The notes beneath the pieces are model-generated. The model saw nothing but the letters and a program-made list of their open reading frames with translations, did not search any database and had not been told where the DNA came from. A program made the position numbers and the translations under genes. A DNA stretch of 64,000 nt from an uncultured Acidobacteriaceae bacterium (lineage in GTDB: Bacteria; Acidobacteriota; Terriglobia; Terriglobales; Acidobacteriaceae): assembly GCA_963846215.1 (NCBI GenBank), contig CAWJVC010000007.1, positions 27,402 through 91,401 on the forward strand, given 5' to 3'. Shown here piece by piece: positions 27,096 to 37,264 of this stretch (its first letter is position 1; each line of letters opens with the position of its first letter).

Positions 27096-27201
27096 CCAAA
27101 ATCGTCCATTGTTGATTGCAGATTCCAGATCGATTCTTGCAGTTGCGCACAAACCTGAGTTGTGAATCGCCAATCGTCACTCTACAATCAGCAATTCTCT
27201 T

Positions 27202-28911
27202 ATGCTTGATCTCCAAAAGTATAGTTGTCTGGGCGCTGCGCTGCGGGACGCGCTGGATCGCTTTCCAGCAGAAACATGCCTGATCGAGGCGGACCGCGAC
27301 CGCGAGAAGACACGCCTGACGTATTCTGATTTTAAAGAGATCAGTCTGCCACTGGCGCGTGCTCTCGAAGACGCGGGCTTCGATGCCGGGGATCGCACAG
27401 CGATTCTGATGACCAACCAGTCGAAATGGCTGATTTCTGCATACGCGATTTTTTATAGTGGCGGCGTCCTCGTCCCCTTAGATTACAAACTGACTGCCGC
27501 TGAACAGTTGCAACTCCTGGAACACTCGCAAGCCAAAGTGCTCGTCGTGGAATATCACTTGTGGCGAGCGATCATGCAGACGCCGGAATTCCACAATATC
27601 AAGACGAAGTTGGTACTGGTGACTGAAGCGCCATTGGGGGCGGACCTGGCCGGCGGATTTCGATGGGAAGACTTCAAGCGGAAAGGCGCGCCGGATTTTG
27701 TGATGCGGCAGCGGGAAGACGTGGCCTGCATCGTATATTCGTCGGGCACAGGCGGCCGGCCAAAAGGATGCGTGCTGACGCACGAGAATTATCTGGAGCA
27801 GTGCCGCGCTTTGACCGCATGGTATCCATTCTGGCCGGGCGTGCGCTATTTGAGCATTCTGCCGACGAATCACGCGATCGATTTCATGGTTGGATTCATC
27901 GGGCCATTCGTATGTGGGGCTTGTGTGGTCCATCTACGGACGCTGCGGCCGGAGTTTGTGCGCGATGCGTTTGTTCGCTATCACATTACGTACGTTTCGC
28001 TGGTGCCCATGATCGTCAAGAACCTGGAGCGCGGACTGAGAGCGAAATTTGATGAGCTGCCGTCATGGAAGCGCACGATTCTGAACCGGCTGATTTCGCT
28101 GAATAGACTGCTGACTCGAGGACGACCCCGCGTAAGGGTGAGCCGAACGTTGTTACCGCAAGTGCATCGCGCGTTTGGTGGAGAGTTGCTGGCGTTAATT
28201 ACAGGCGGGGCTTTTATGGAACCCTCTACCATGCAGTTTTTCTACGATCTGGGGATTCCGGTGGTGAACGGATACGGGCTGACGGAGGCGGGCACAGCAC
28301 TTACATTGAATGACTTGAAACCGTTTCGCGCGGACACGGTGGGCAAGCCGCTGCCGGGAGTGGAGCTGAGAGTCTTGAGCCCGAATGAAGAAGGGATTGG
28401 GGAAATTGCGGCGCGAAGCAAGACGGTGATGTCACATTATCTGAACGATCCGGAGTTGACACTGGAAACGATCGTCGACGGCTGGCTGCTGACGGGCGAT
28501 CTGGGAAAGTTCGATAAGAGCGGCCATCTACAGCTTTTCGGACGCAAGAAAAATATGATCGTTACGGAAGGGGGCAAAAATATCTATCCCGAGGATGTTG
28601 AAGCGGTATTCGACGGATTGCCGGTCAAAGAATATTGCGTATATGCGGCGAACTATGTGTGGGGGCAAAACGGGTCGGGACGGGAAATGTTGATGATAGC
28701 GCTGCGACTCGAACAGAATCAGGCATTCGACAGCACGCTCTTGCAGGAGATTGTGAGTCGCAACCGACGGTTGGCAGATTATAAGCGTGTGGGCGGGTAC
28801 TTGATCTGGGAGAAGGATTTTCCCCGGACTGCTTCAATGAAGATCAAGCGACAGGCGCTGGCGGAAGAAATCGGCAAGACAGTGAAACGGGAAACGGTGA
28901 TCGGACTGTGA
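27202..28911 (+). CDS. AMP-dependent synthetase/ligase (second copy)
   Basis: [30 protein letters not shown], and ASMKIKR at the C-terminus. Confidence 0.88.
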   Translation: MLDLQKYSCLGAALRDALDRFPAETCLIEADRDREKTRLTYSDFKEISLPLARALEDAGFDAGDRTAILMTNQSKWLISAYAIFYSGGVLVPLDYKLTAAEQLQLLEHSQAKVLVVEYHLWRAIMQTPEFHNIKTKLVLVTEAPLGADLAGGFRWEDFKRKGAPDFVMRQREDVACIVYSSGTGGRPKGCVLTHENYLEQCRALTAWYPFWPGVRYLSILPTNHAIDFMVGFIGPFVCGACVVHLRTLRPEFVRDAFVRYHITYVSLVPMIVKNLERGLRAKFDELPSWKRTILNRLISLNRLLTRGRPRVRVSRTLLPQVHRAFGGELLALITGGAFMEPSTMQFFYDLGIPVVNGYGLTEAGTALTLNDLKPFRADTVGKPLPGVELRVLSPNEEGIGEIAARSKTVMSHYLNDPELTLETIVDGWLLTGDLGKFDKSGHLQLFGRKKNMIVTEGGKNIYPEDVEAVFDGLPVKEYCVYAANYVWGQNGSGREMLMIALRLEQNQAFDSTLLQEIVSRNRRLADYKRVGGYLIWEKDFPRTASMKIKRQALAEEIGKTVKRETVIGL

Positions 28912-28947
28912 TGGCGGCATCGTTGGCGGGAGTAAAGCAAAAAGCGC

Positions 28948-29853
28948 GTGATTGACTCCTATCTAGCCATCGTGAATCCTGCCGCGGGGGGCGGCCGCAG
29001 CCGGAAGATGCTAGGGCCGGCTCTCGAGCGATTGAGAGCAAGCGGATTGGCGGTGGACATCGCGGAGACGCAAGCCGTTGGCGATGCCACGCGGATTGCG
29101 CGAGAAGCGTTTGGCGCGGGTCGACGTAAGTTTATTGCGGTTGGCGGAGACGGGACCTCGTATGAAGTGGTGAATGGGCTTTTTCCTGAGGCTGGCCTTT
29201 CGGGTGAGCGGCCTACGCTCGGGTTCTTGCCATTGGGAACGGGAAATTCTTTTCTGCGTGACTTCAGTGATCGAGGAGTGGAGCATGCCATCGAGTCGCT
29301 CATCGCGCAGCGGAAGCAATCATGCGACGTGTTACGACTGCGCCACCGGTCTGGGGTGATTCATTACATCAATCTGCTGAGCGTGGGATTTCCGGCTGAT
29401 GTGGCTACTTTGAGAGCACGGCGATTCAGCGGTCATGGAGAATTCGGGTACGTCGTTTCAATTTTCCTGGGGCTCGCGCGCTTACGAAGGCGTCCATTTC
29501 CCGTCCGAGTGGAGGACGAAGAGGAGTTCGACCGGCGACGTTGTCTTTTTCTCACATTCAATAACAGCAAGTTCACAGGCGGTACGATGATGATCGCGCC
29601 GAAGGCGGAGGTAAACAGCGGGCTGATTGAATACGTTCGGTGGGGTGCAATCGGACGCATGGGCTTGATGCGCAACTTGCCAGGACTTTACGATGGGACT
29701 CACATCGAGCATCCGTTGGCGGAGAGACGCGCGGTGAGTCGGGTGGAATTCGATTTGAATGAGCCCGTGGATGTGATGGTCGATGGAGAAGTTTTGACGC
29801 TGCAGTGCGAAGAGTTAGACGTAATGCCGGCGGCGCTGAGTGTTGTGGCTTGA
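28948..29853 (+). CDS. Lipid kinase, diacylglycerol-kinase catalytic-domain family (YegS/BmrU-like)
   Basis: NPAAGGG, AVGGDGTSYEVVNG and LPLGTGNSF. Confidence 0.85.
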   Translation: MIDSYLAIVNPAAGGGRSRKMLGPALERLRASGLAVDIAETQAVGDATRIAREAFGAGRRKFIAVGGDGTSYEVVNGLFPEAGLSGERPTLGFLPLGTGNSFLRDFSDRGVEHAIESLIAQRKQSCDVLRLRHRSGVIHYINLLSVGFPADVATLRARRFSGHGEFGYVVSIFLGLARLRRRPFPVRVEDEEEFDRRRCLFLTFNNSKFTGGTMMIAPKAEVNSGLIEYVRWGAIGRMGLMRNLPGLYDGTHIEHPLAERRAVSRVEFDLNEPVDVMVDGEVLTLQCEELDVMPAALSVVA

Positions 29854-29889
29854 GCGGGAGCAAGAGACGGGACACGCGGAAAGGGAATC

Positions 29890-30315
29890 ATGTCTGAGAA
29901 GCGACGGGAGCAGCAGCAAAAACGGATAGGCGTTCAAGAAGCTAAACCTATTTCGCGGAAGATGCTGATGTGGGTGGGCATTGCGGTTTTATTTGCCCTC
30001 GCATGGGCGGGTGGCTGGTACTACAAGAACCATCGCTACGACGGGTTCGCAAAGTGCCTGGCTACGAAACAGGCGAAAATGTATGGCTTGTACTGGTGTC
30101 CGCATTGCGCCGAGCAGAAGGAAATGTTCGGCAAAGCTTTTCAGTATGTGCCGTATGTCGAGTGTGCGATCAAGGGGTCGCGCGAGTTGGCTCCGGCATG
30201 CAAGGCGGCGGGGGTCAAGTTATTTCCTAGTTGGCAGTTTGGCGCGAATCCGCCGAAAGAGGGGGTATTTCCCATGGAAGAACTCTCCGATAAGACGGGA
30301 TGCGCCCTACCTTGA
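29890..30315 (+). CDS. Membrane-anchored thioredoxin-like protein (VKOR partner domain)
   Basis: One TM helix (MLMWVGIAVLFALAWAGGWYY), then YGLYWCPHCAEQKEMFG with a CxxC motif. Confidence 0.75.
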   Translation: MSEKRREQQQKRIGVQEAKPISRKMLMWVGIAVLFALAWAGGWYYKNHRYDGFAKCLATKQAKMYGLYWCPHCAEQKEMFGKAFQYVPYVECAIKGSRELAPACKAAGVKLFPSWQFGANPPKEGVFPMEELSDKTGCALP

Positions 30316-30776
30316 GCATTCCCTCAGATCAAATTGATGCATCTAACTCCAACCCCGCGAAGAGCACTATTCTTTTTGTACTCATCGCGGTCCTGGCGCT
30401 CGCAGGGATGACCGTATCGGCGATATCTCTGCAGAGGCACTACGCCAAATCGGCGTCAGCCTTCTGCGATTTTGGGGAAAGATTCAACTGCGACATCGTG
30501 AATCGCAGCGAGTACTCGAGTCTGATGGGAATTCCGGTGGCTGGAATCGGAGTGGCCGGGTATGGATTGCTTTTGGTCCTGGCTACGGCTTATCGATCGC
30601 GCAGGGAAACGCCGCTTCGCCTTCTACTCGCGGCAATGGCGGGGCTGGGTTTCGCGCTGTACCTGACCTATGTGGAGGGGTACGTGTTGGACACGTGGTG
30701 CATTTTGTGTTTGAGTTCGCTGGCGCTGATCTCGGGGATAACGGTGCTGGCTGCAGTGGTGAAAGTGCGTCAATAA
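30300..30776 (+). CDS. Vitamin K epoxide reductase (VKOR) family protein
   Basis: It overlaps the upstream gene by 16 nt. There is a loop Cys pair (CDFGERFNCD), CILC in the last TM helix, and 4 TM helices. Confidence 0.8.
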   Translation: MRPTLSIPSDQIDASNSNPAKSTILFVLIAVLALAGMTVSAISLQRHYAKSASAFCDFGERFNCDIVNRSEYSSLMGIPVAGIGVAGYGLLLVLATAYRSRRETPLRLLLAAMAGLGFALYLTYVEGYVLDTWCILCLSSLALISGITVLAAVVKVRQ

Positions 30777-30788
30777 TAACGAGCTTGT

Positions 30789-31661
30789 GTGACTGGTTAC
30801 CATTTTTCGATGGCAAGTGCGCAGAAATTCGAGATGCAAGCTGCAGCGGTTGGCGATGTGATTCGCGCAGGCGGGGCGACGGGAGATTTGCGTCTGCATC
30901 ATTTTCGCAGCCGGATATTCAAGAACACTCGATTCCTACGCGTGTGGCTGCCGGCCGGTTACGACGATCCGCAAAATGAGGCCCGGCACTATCCTGTCCT
31001 TTATATGAATGACGGGCAAAATCTGTTTGAATCGTCGACCGCTTTTGGCGGGGTGGAGTGGGGAGTGGACGAGACGGCGGATCGGATGATTCGCGACGGA
31101 GCCATCGCTCCCATGATCATCGTGGGTATTGATAATACGGGAAAAGACCGGATGCGCGAATATATGCCGCACCGATCGATGCACCGGATGATGCTGCGAG
31201 TGCAGGGCCGACATTATCCGGATTTCCTGATCAAAGAAGTAATGCCGTTTGTGGAGGGTACGTATCGGGTGGCCACGAGTCCGGAGAGTACAGGACTGGG
31301 AGGGTCGTCTCTAGGTGCTTTGATTGCTTTATACACGGCGATTGTGCGACCGGGCATCATTGGGCGGCTTCTGCTGGAGAGTCCTTCGCTGTGGGCATCG
31401 AACCGTCAAATTATCAAAGACAGCCGTAAGGCGAGAATTTGGCCGGAGAGGATGTTTCTGGCTGCGGGGACAGCTGAGGCGGGAGACCCGGAACGCAGTC
31501 GCACGGTGGTGGATGATGTGCGAGAACTTTCGGCGATCATGAGGCGGGCTGTGCTTAGCGAAAAGCGATTGCGGATGGTGATTACAGAGGGTGCGGGACA
31601 TACGGAGTCGGCATGGGGCGAGCGCTTCCCAGAAGCGCTGCAGTTTCTCTTCGGCGCGTGA
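30789..31661 (+). CDS. Putative esterase (esterase D / enterochelin-esterase-like alpha/beta hydrolase)
   Basis: YPVLYMNDGQNLF, and GLGGSSLGAL forms the nucleophile elbow. Which ATG is the exact start is uncertain. Confidence 0.7.
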   Translation: MTGYHFSMASAQKFEMQAAAVGDVIRAGGATGDLRLHHFRSRIFKNTRFLRVWLPAGYDDPQNEARHYPVLYMNDGQNLFESSTAFGGVEWGVDETADRMIRDGAIAPMIIVGIDNTGKDRMREYMPHRSMHRMMLRVQGRHYPDFLIKEVMPFVEGTYRVATSPESTGLGGSSLGALIALYTAIVRPGIIGRLLLESPSLWASNRQIIKDSRKARIWPERMFLAAGTAEAGDPERSRTVVDDVRELSAIMRRAVLSEKRLRMVITEGAGHTESAWGERFPEALQFLFGA

Positions 31662-31715
31662 ATGCCGAATACTTCGTCGCAGATTCGCTGCGCCGCGAAG
31701 ATTGCAGAAAAAGAT

Positions 31716-32940
31716 CTAAACGGTCGCTGACTCCCGCCTGATTTTCCAAATCAAATAGAGGGTGGCTGTCATTACGGGGACCGAAAGCTGTACGTGTGTC
31801 CAACGTGCTAGTGGTCCGAGGAGTGGCAGTACGAAGACGAGATAGAGGAAGACCTTGAGCTGAGGAGCTTCCGGAAAACGCGGATGAGCCAGGATGAAAT
31901 CCGCAAGCAATAGGAGTGCAGGGGCAAGTATGACGAGGTCGTAAACAGTGAGGTGTGGCGCGATAAGGACGGTCGCCAGCAGCAGCGCAGAGAATCGCAA
32001 CGAAAGCGCGGTGCGGCCACGCCAGCAAGCGATGGTTAACGCAGAGACCACGACCGCGCTGACGAGGTAGAGCGCGAAAGAAATTGTGGGCGAAGGAACG
32101 AGCATGCTCCAGAATGTGCGCAGGCAGTGCGTTTGATAAGGCTTGGGCTCGAGGCAGCGGAAGGAGATGCGGAGCCTCCATTAGCCTCTTAAACCACTCG
32201 TGAATCGGACGAATCCCGTAGTAAAGAAATGCGGCGAAGAGTTGAGCGGCAGCGGAGAGTGTTGCGCCAGCGATGACCCTCCAGCGAAGAGTGATCAGGA
32301 AGACGAGGGCCGCGGCGAGTGCCAGTTGTGGCTTGAACAGCAGACTTCCGAGAGCAAGGCCGGCAAGGAATTCGCGTTTCGACCGAAAGGCAAAGAAGGT
32401 CAACGTGAAACAGGCGAGAGCTAAAGCGGAAGTTTGTCCCCAGGCGACCAAATGCCAGAAGGCAGGGAAGGCAACCGCGAGAATAAAAACCGTGAGCCAG
32501 TAATTGCGCAGGTTTGGGCAGACACGCCACGCGGCGTAGCAGCACACGGCATACGTGAGCTTGCTCAAAGAGAGCCAGAAAAGCAGAGCCCAGGGATAGG
32601 GCAATCGGGCAAACGGTGCGAAGAAAATTGAAACCTGTGGGGGGTAGAGCGGCAGGTAACGGATGCCAGCGGCGGCCGGAACGCGGTGCGCCGCGAGTTC
32701 TGACTGCGCTTGCATGTTATAAAGATCGGCGCCGCGGTGAGCCAGGGCGAGAGAGCCTAGCGTATAGAAATGAAGGAAGTCCGTGCCTTTGAGGTTGGAG
32801 GAGCGATCAAGCAGGCCGGGCGTGGCCATGTTCCAGATATAGACTGACCACAAGGCGAGTGCGAGGATGATGCCGTGGGCACGCAGGCGTTTCGCGGTCA
32901 TCCACGAACTCGCACGAGTAATCGGCATCGGTTCGCCCAT
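31716..32940 (-). pseudogene. GT-C-type membrane glycosyltransferase (DUF2029/GT87-like) with one frameshift
   Basis: The N-terminal ~270 aa (KGTDFLHFYTLGSLALAHRGADLY...) lies in the frame of ORF 31582..33027. The hydrophobic C-terminus (SFRCLEPKPYQTHCLRTFWSMLVPSPTISFALYL...) lies in the frame of ORF 31716..32105. The junction is near 32130-32160. Confidence 0.65.
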
Positions 32941-33062
32941 GATACGCAAGATGAATCGAAAATACAGGTCCATAGCGTAAAGATAGAGTGGCAGAGTTAA
33001 ACACGATAATCGCCTGTGGCGAACCACATTTTTAATGTTTTGGGTAATTGGTCAGGGAGCCG

Positions 33063-34259
33063 ATGGCAAAGGCCTTAAACGAGGAACGAAGACCGTGGGT
33101 TTGGATGACTCGGCCGGTGTGGATCTTTCTGTTCGCGTTTATTTCGCGTATCGCGGTGATGGGTGTTCTCGCAGCAAACAATAAATTATCGTGGGGAGCC
33201 AACGAATTGGGAGCAATTGCCCGGGCGCTGGTGGAAGGGCATGGATTCTCTTTCGCGTTTCACGATGCAGCCGGACCGACCGCCTGGTTTGCTCCTGGCT
33301 ATCCTGTGTTGCTTGCCTGCGTTTTTCGGATTTTCGGCATCGAAACCAGAATTTCCGCAATGGTGGCAATTTTTCTTAACGTGATTTTCGCCTCCATGAC
33401 GGCATGGATTCTGGTTCAGTTGGGCAAGGAACAATTCGACGAAACCACAGGAGTCGTTGCAGGATGGGCGTGGGCACTGGCACCTCCTCTTTTATTCATG
33501 CCCTGGATACCTTGGGAAACATGCCTTTCAGCCTTGGCGTTTGCCTTTTGTCTTTTGACAATACTTCGACTGGACGCGACTTCCAGTTTGTGGCAATGGA
33601 CAGGTTGCGGGTTCACTTGGGGTGCTGCGGCACTGGTGAATCCGGCGATACTGGCACCACTTCCAGTACTGATTGTGTGTGCCGCAGTTCGAAGTCGCCG
33701 TTGGAAGGGCGTGGCGGTTATGGCCACGGTTTGCACGCTGTGCATTCTGCCTTGGACGGTGAGGAATTTTATGGCACTTGGGCGCGTTGTGCCCGTACGC
33801 AGTAATTTTTGGCCCGAGCTTTATTTCGGAAATGTGGACTTCTCGCTGCATCCGTTAGGTACGAGCATGTTGTATCAACAGGAAGGAGAGGGTCCTTTTA
33901 TTGCCGAGATGAAGGGCCGAGCGCTCAACTTTGTACGAACGAATCCGGGCGCATTCTGGCGGCTCACGGAAAAACGCGCGGTCGCATTCTGGTCGCAGCC
34001 GCCGCAACTGTGGCCGTATCCCTGGGTGCTTTTTCTGATGACGTTGGGAGGTATTGTCGAGAGTGTACGGCGCCGGAAACGGTGGGTAGAATTTTTGTCG
34101 GTATTCTTGCTTTACCCTCCGGCATATTACGTAACTCACGCCTTTTCGCGCTTCCGGTATCCGATTGAGCCACTGATGTATGCATTGGCCGCGTATTTTG
34201 TATGCAGGGGATTGAAGGGAATCTCCGAGCAGAGTTGGCGGCGATTGGACAAAGTGTAA
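33063..34259 (+). CDS. GT-C-type membrane glycosyltransferase (ArnT/PMT, GT39-like)
   Basis: The ATG at 33063 has AGGGAG upstream. The protein is multi-TM, with an N-terminal pattern FISRIAVMGVLAANNKLSWGANELGAIARALVEGHGFSF typical of ArnT-like enzymes. Confidence 0.6.
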   Translation: MAKALNEERRPWVWMTRPVWIFLFAFISRIAVMGVLAANNKLSWGANELGAIARALVEGHGFSFAFHDAAGPTAWFAPGYPVLLACVFRIFGIETRISAMVAIFLNVIFASMTAWILVQLGKEQFDETTGVVAGWAWALAPPLLFMPWIPWETCLSALAFAFCLLTILRLDATSSLWQWTGCGFTWGAAALVNPAILAPLPVLIVCAAVRSRRWKGVAVMATVCTLCILPWTVRNFMALGRVVPVRSNFWPELYFGNVDFSLHPLGTSMLYQQEGEGPFIAEMKGRALNFVRTNPGAFWRLTEKRAVAFWSQPPQLWPYPWVLFLMTLGGIVESVRRRKRWVEFLSVFLLYPPAYYVTHAFSRFRYPIEPLMYALAAYFVCRGLKGISEQSWRRLDKV

Positions 34260-34265
34260 GGGCAG

Positions 34266-35981
34266 TTAGTTTGCAATCGAAGGTTCTTCCAACACAGGCT
34301 TGTCACCATCCAAAAACCAAAGGTGTCGATCGCTAAAATATTGCGCCAACAGTTGGTTTTCAGGTCCGCCCATGTCGCGCGCCCAGACTACTTTCGATGT
34401 ATCAATATTTGCATCGTTGTAAACCCACTCCCAGTCAACATCGTGACCTGGCCGATAGCGAACGATGACGAGTTGTTTTCCTGGAAGCCGTTCAAGCTGT
34501 CGCTTAATTTGCGCTCTCTCCAAATTACCGCGCGGCCATGCAGGCTCAATTTGTACGTGCAGGGCTGCAGCGGTAAGCCGCAGAAACAGCATTGAGCACG
34601 CCAGCACGGGGATTGCCCGAATGAAAGCATGTCCCACGGGGCGACGATAAGGCTGCCAGTGCCACAGTTGGCGCATGCACTGCACCAAGAGGATGTAAAG
34701 TGCACCGGTAGCGGGGGAAAAATAATGGGGGAGAGTCCAAGTCTGCACCGAGAAGCCAACGAGCATGGCGGCGCAAATCGCGACTGGCAGGCGCATTTTT
34801 CGGCGCCGAGCCGCGTAGGGAAGCGCAAGGAGGGGAAGCGTAAGCAAAGGCCCCAAATATACTTGCCACCAGGAGAAGACCTTTTGCCCGGCACGGCGAA
34901 AAAAACCCCTAAGAGTGACATTTTCCTCAAACTGTCGCAACTCCCAGCGATAGAAGTCGCGCATCACAGGATGGTGATAGACCGGTTCAGGGGGGGGTGT
35001 TTGCCATAGAAAATAGGGTGCCGTTGCGTAGGTCGCCCGATTGACCTGATATGTCATCCGAAGAGGGTTTCCAGTGACTCGGAGGTAGTAATAGCTGGTC
35101 GCGAGTGTGCCGCATACAAGAACCATCAGCAGCGGCAGAACCACACGGGTGAGCGTGAGTTTGTAAGGTGGGTGGGATTTGCTTGCAAGCCACCAAAGCA
35201 TACTTACGGCCACAGGTATGCTAAACACCAACCCTTCATAAGGCCGGCTGTTTGCCAAGATGACGAGTCCGCAGCCTAAGATCAGGGCGTCGCGGGATCG
35301 AATACGCTTTTGCAGACGCGGCCAAGCTCCCAATACGAGTGCTCCGCCCAGTGCCGCAACGGAAGCGCACCAGTAAGTATTCATCCAATAGCTCAAGAGT
35401 CCGAGCCGGAGCACGGCCAGCGATGCGCCGAAGAGCGCCCACGGCGGAGGCAACCAGGCTTGCAGCATCCAGCACAGGGCGGAGCACATGAGGGCTGTAA
35501 TCAAAAGTTGCCCGATCCAGGGACTACCCAGCAACTGGCCCGCGGCAAGCACAAGGCCCTGCGCGGGAGGATACATCGACATGTAAGTGGGCTTTTCGAT
35601 GATGTGGAAACTTTCGAAGTGAATCCACATGGGATGAGTCGGATTGGTTATTTTGCCGTGAGCGAAGGTGTCGCCGGCGAGCAAGTAGCTGAACTCGTCA
35701 TTGAAACGGGGTTGAGGGACCCCGAGGACGGGAATCAGCGCGACGCGAATTGTTACGACACTCAGGCCGACGAGGAAAACGGAGAGGCCCTTTCGCTTCG
35801 ATAATTGGCCGAAGCGATATTGAATCGATTGGAGCGCCGAAGGCTGGTCATCGCTCGAATTGCGTCGAGAACTGACCGAGATCAGCAAGATAGCCGAGAG
35901 CAGTAGTACGGCCTCAATCAACGCCACCAGGTAGGGAGCGAGCAGCGAATATAAATTCTGCATTGTGACCGAGCCGGGCAT
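34266..35981 (-). CDS. Large polytopic membrane protein, GT-C-like (uncharacterised)
   Basis: About 13 TM helices, and the first periplasmic loop carries NDEFSYLLAGDTF (acidic DE motif). It has a soluble C-terminal domain. Confidence 0.5.
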   Translation of the reverse strand: MPGSVTMQNLYSLLAPYLVALIEAVLLLSAILLISVSSRRNSSDDQPSALQSIQYRFGQLSKRKGLSVFLVGLSVVTIRVALIPVLGVPQPRFNDEFSYLLAGDTFAHGKITNPTHPMWIHFESFHIIEKPTYMSMYPPAQGLVLAAGQLLGSPWIGQLLITALMCSALCWMLQAWLPPPWALFGASLAVLRLGLLSYWMNTYWCASVAALGGALVLGAWPRLQKRIRSRDALILGCGLVILANSRPYEGLVFSIPVAVSMLWWLASKSHPPYKLTLTRVVLPLLMVLVCGTLATSYYYLRVTGNPLRMTYQVNRATYATAPYFLWQTPPPEPVYHHPVMRDFYRWELRQFEENVTLRGFFRRAGQKVFSWWQVYLGPLLTLPLLALPYAARRRKMRLPVAICAAMLVGFSVQTWTLPHYFSPATGALYILLVQCMRQLWHWQPYRRPVGHAFIRAIPVLACSMLFLRLTAAALHVQIEPAWPRGNLERAQIKRQLERLPGKQLVIVRYRPGHDVDWEWVYNDANIDTSKVVWARDMGGPENQLLAQYFSDRHLWFLDGDKPVLEEPSIAN

Positions 35982-36041
35982 TGCCCGCCAAGATTAAGTT
36001 ATTCGAAGACCGATGAAAAAAGCTGATTGCGCCAACGGCTT

Positions 36042-37100
36042 TTATTTGTCGGCCGACCTTTCGAACAATCCGTCGACGATCTGAATCATTTCGTTATCCA
36101 CAACGCGGTTCTTCGAAATGGCCTCCAGCAACGGAATCGAAACGATTTTGTTGGAGCGGAGTGCGGCCATGCATCCGAACTCGCCGCGGTGGACCATATC
36201 GATTGCGCCCAAGCCGTAGCGCGTGGCCAGAACGCGGTCAAACGCGCTAGGCGAGCCGCCGCGCTGAATGTGTCCGAGGACAACGGCGCGAGTTTCGAAG
36301 CCGGTTCGTTTTTCTATCTCGCGCGCAAGGATGTTGGCGATGCCACCAAGCTTGACGTGGCCGAATTCGTCCTTGCCCATGTCTTGCAGCACGGGCGCTC
36401 CGTGTCCCGGTTCGGAAGAAGAGAATTTTGCCCCTTCGGCGACTACGACAATCGAGAAATAGAGTCCGCGCTCGTGGCGCTGGCGAATTGAGTCTGCAAC
36501 CTTGTCGACGTCAAAAGGACGCTCCGGGATGAGGATGACATCGGCGCCGCCGGCGATGCCGCTATAAAGAGCGATCCAGCCGGCGTCACGGCCCATGACC
36601 TCGACCACCATCACGCGATTGTGCGCTTCGGCCGTGGTGTGGACGCGGTCGAGAGCCTCGCAGACGATGTTGCAGGCGGTGTCGAATCCGAAAGTGTAGT
36701 CGGTGCCACCGAGATCGTTGTCGATGGTTTTAGGAACGCCGACGACCTTGGCGCCACGTTCGTGGAGTTTCTGGGCTACGGAGAGCGTATCGTCCCCGCC
36801 GATGGCGATGATGGCGTCGATCTTATGTTTCTCAAGCGTAGCCATGCAGCGATCAATGCCATCGGGGCGCTTGGAAGGGTTGGTGCGCGAGGTACGCAGG
36901 ATGGTTCCGCCACGCGGCAGGATGCCGCCCACCGCTTCCAAATCGAGAGTCATGGAGTTATCGTCGACCAAACCGCGCCAGCCTTCCAGGAATCCGACAA
37001 ACTCGTCGCCATAGGTGAAAATTCCCTTGCGCACGACCGCGCGAATCACCGCATTCAATCCTGGACAATCGCCACCGCCGGTTAACATGCCGATCTTCAT
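36042..37100 (-). CDS. 6-phosphofructokinase family enzyme (signature residues suggest the PPi-dependent type)
   Basis: The internal ATG at 37100 gives MKIGMLTGGGDCPGLNAVIRAVV. The GGDDT and PKTIDND variants are the residues usually associated with PPi rather than ATP use. Confidence 0.85.
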   Translation of the reverse strand: MKIGMLTGGGDCPGLNAVIRAVVRKGIFTYGDEFVGFLEGWRGLVDDNSMTLDLEAVGGILPRGGTILRTSRTNPSKRPDGIDRCMATLEKHKIDAIIAIGGDDTLSVAQKLHERGAKVVGVPKTIDNDLGGTDYTFGFDTACNIVCEALDRVHTTAEAHNRVMVVEVMGRDAGWIALYSGIAGGADVILIPERPFDVDKVADSIRQRHERGLYFSIVVVAEGAKFSSSEPGHGAPVLQDMGKDEFGHVKLGGIANILAREIEKRTGFETRAVVLGHIQRGGSPSAFDRVLATRYGLGAIDMVHRGEFGCMAALRSNKIVSIPLLEAISKNRVVDNEMIQIVDGLFERSADK

Positions 37101-37264
37101 GGTCCGCTCCCTTAAGAATGATTTCAGATTAAGAAATTCCTTGGAATGCACCCCGGACCCGGGTCGTAAGTTGCAACCCTAAGCACAGGAAATCTGCAGT
37201 CGCCGGGAAGAGATAGATTATCACCAAAGGTCGAGGATGCAGGTAAACAAGCTGCTTCGGAGGA

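Noticed and set aside
19202-29853. The lipid operon as a bacterial sphingolipid (ceramide) cluster, because of ACP + acyl-ACP synthetase + SDR reductase + lipid kinase
   Set aside because: No PLP-dependent serine palmitoyltransferase and no ceramide-synthase-like acyltransferase is present in or next to the cluster.
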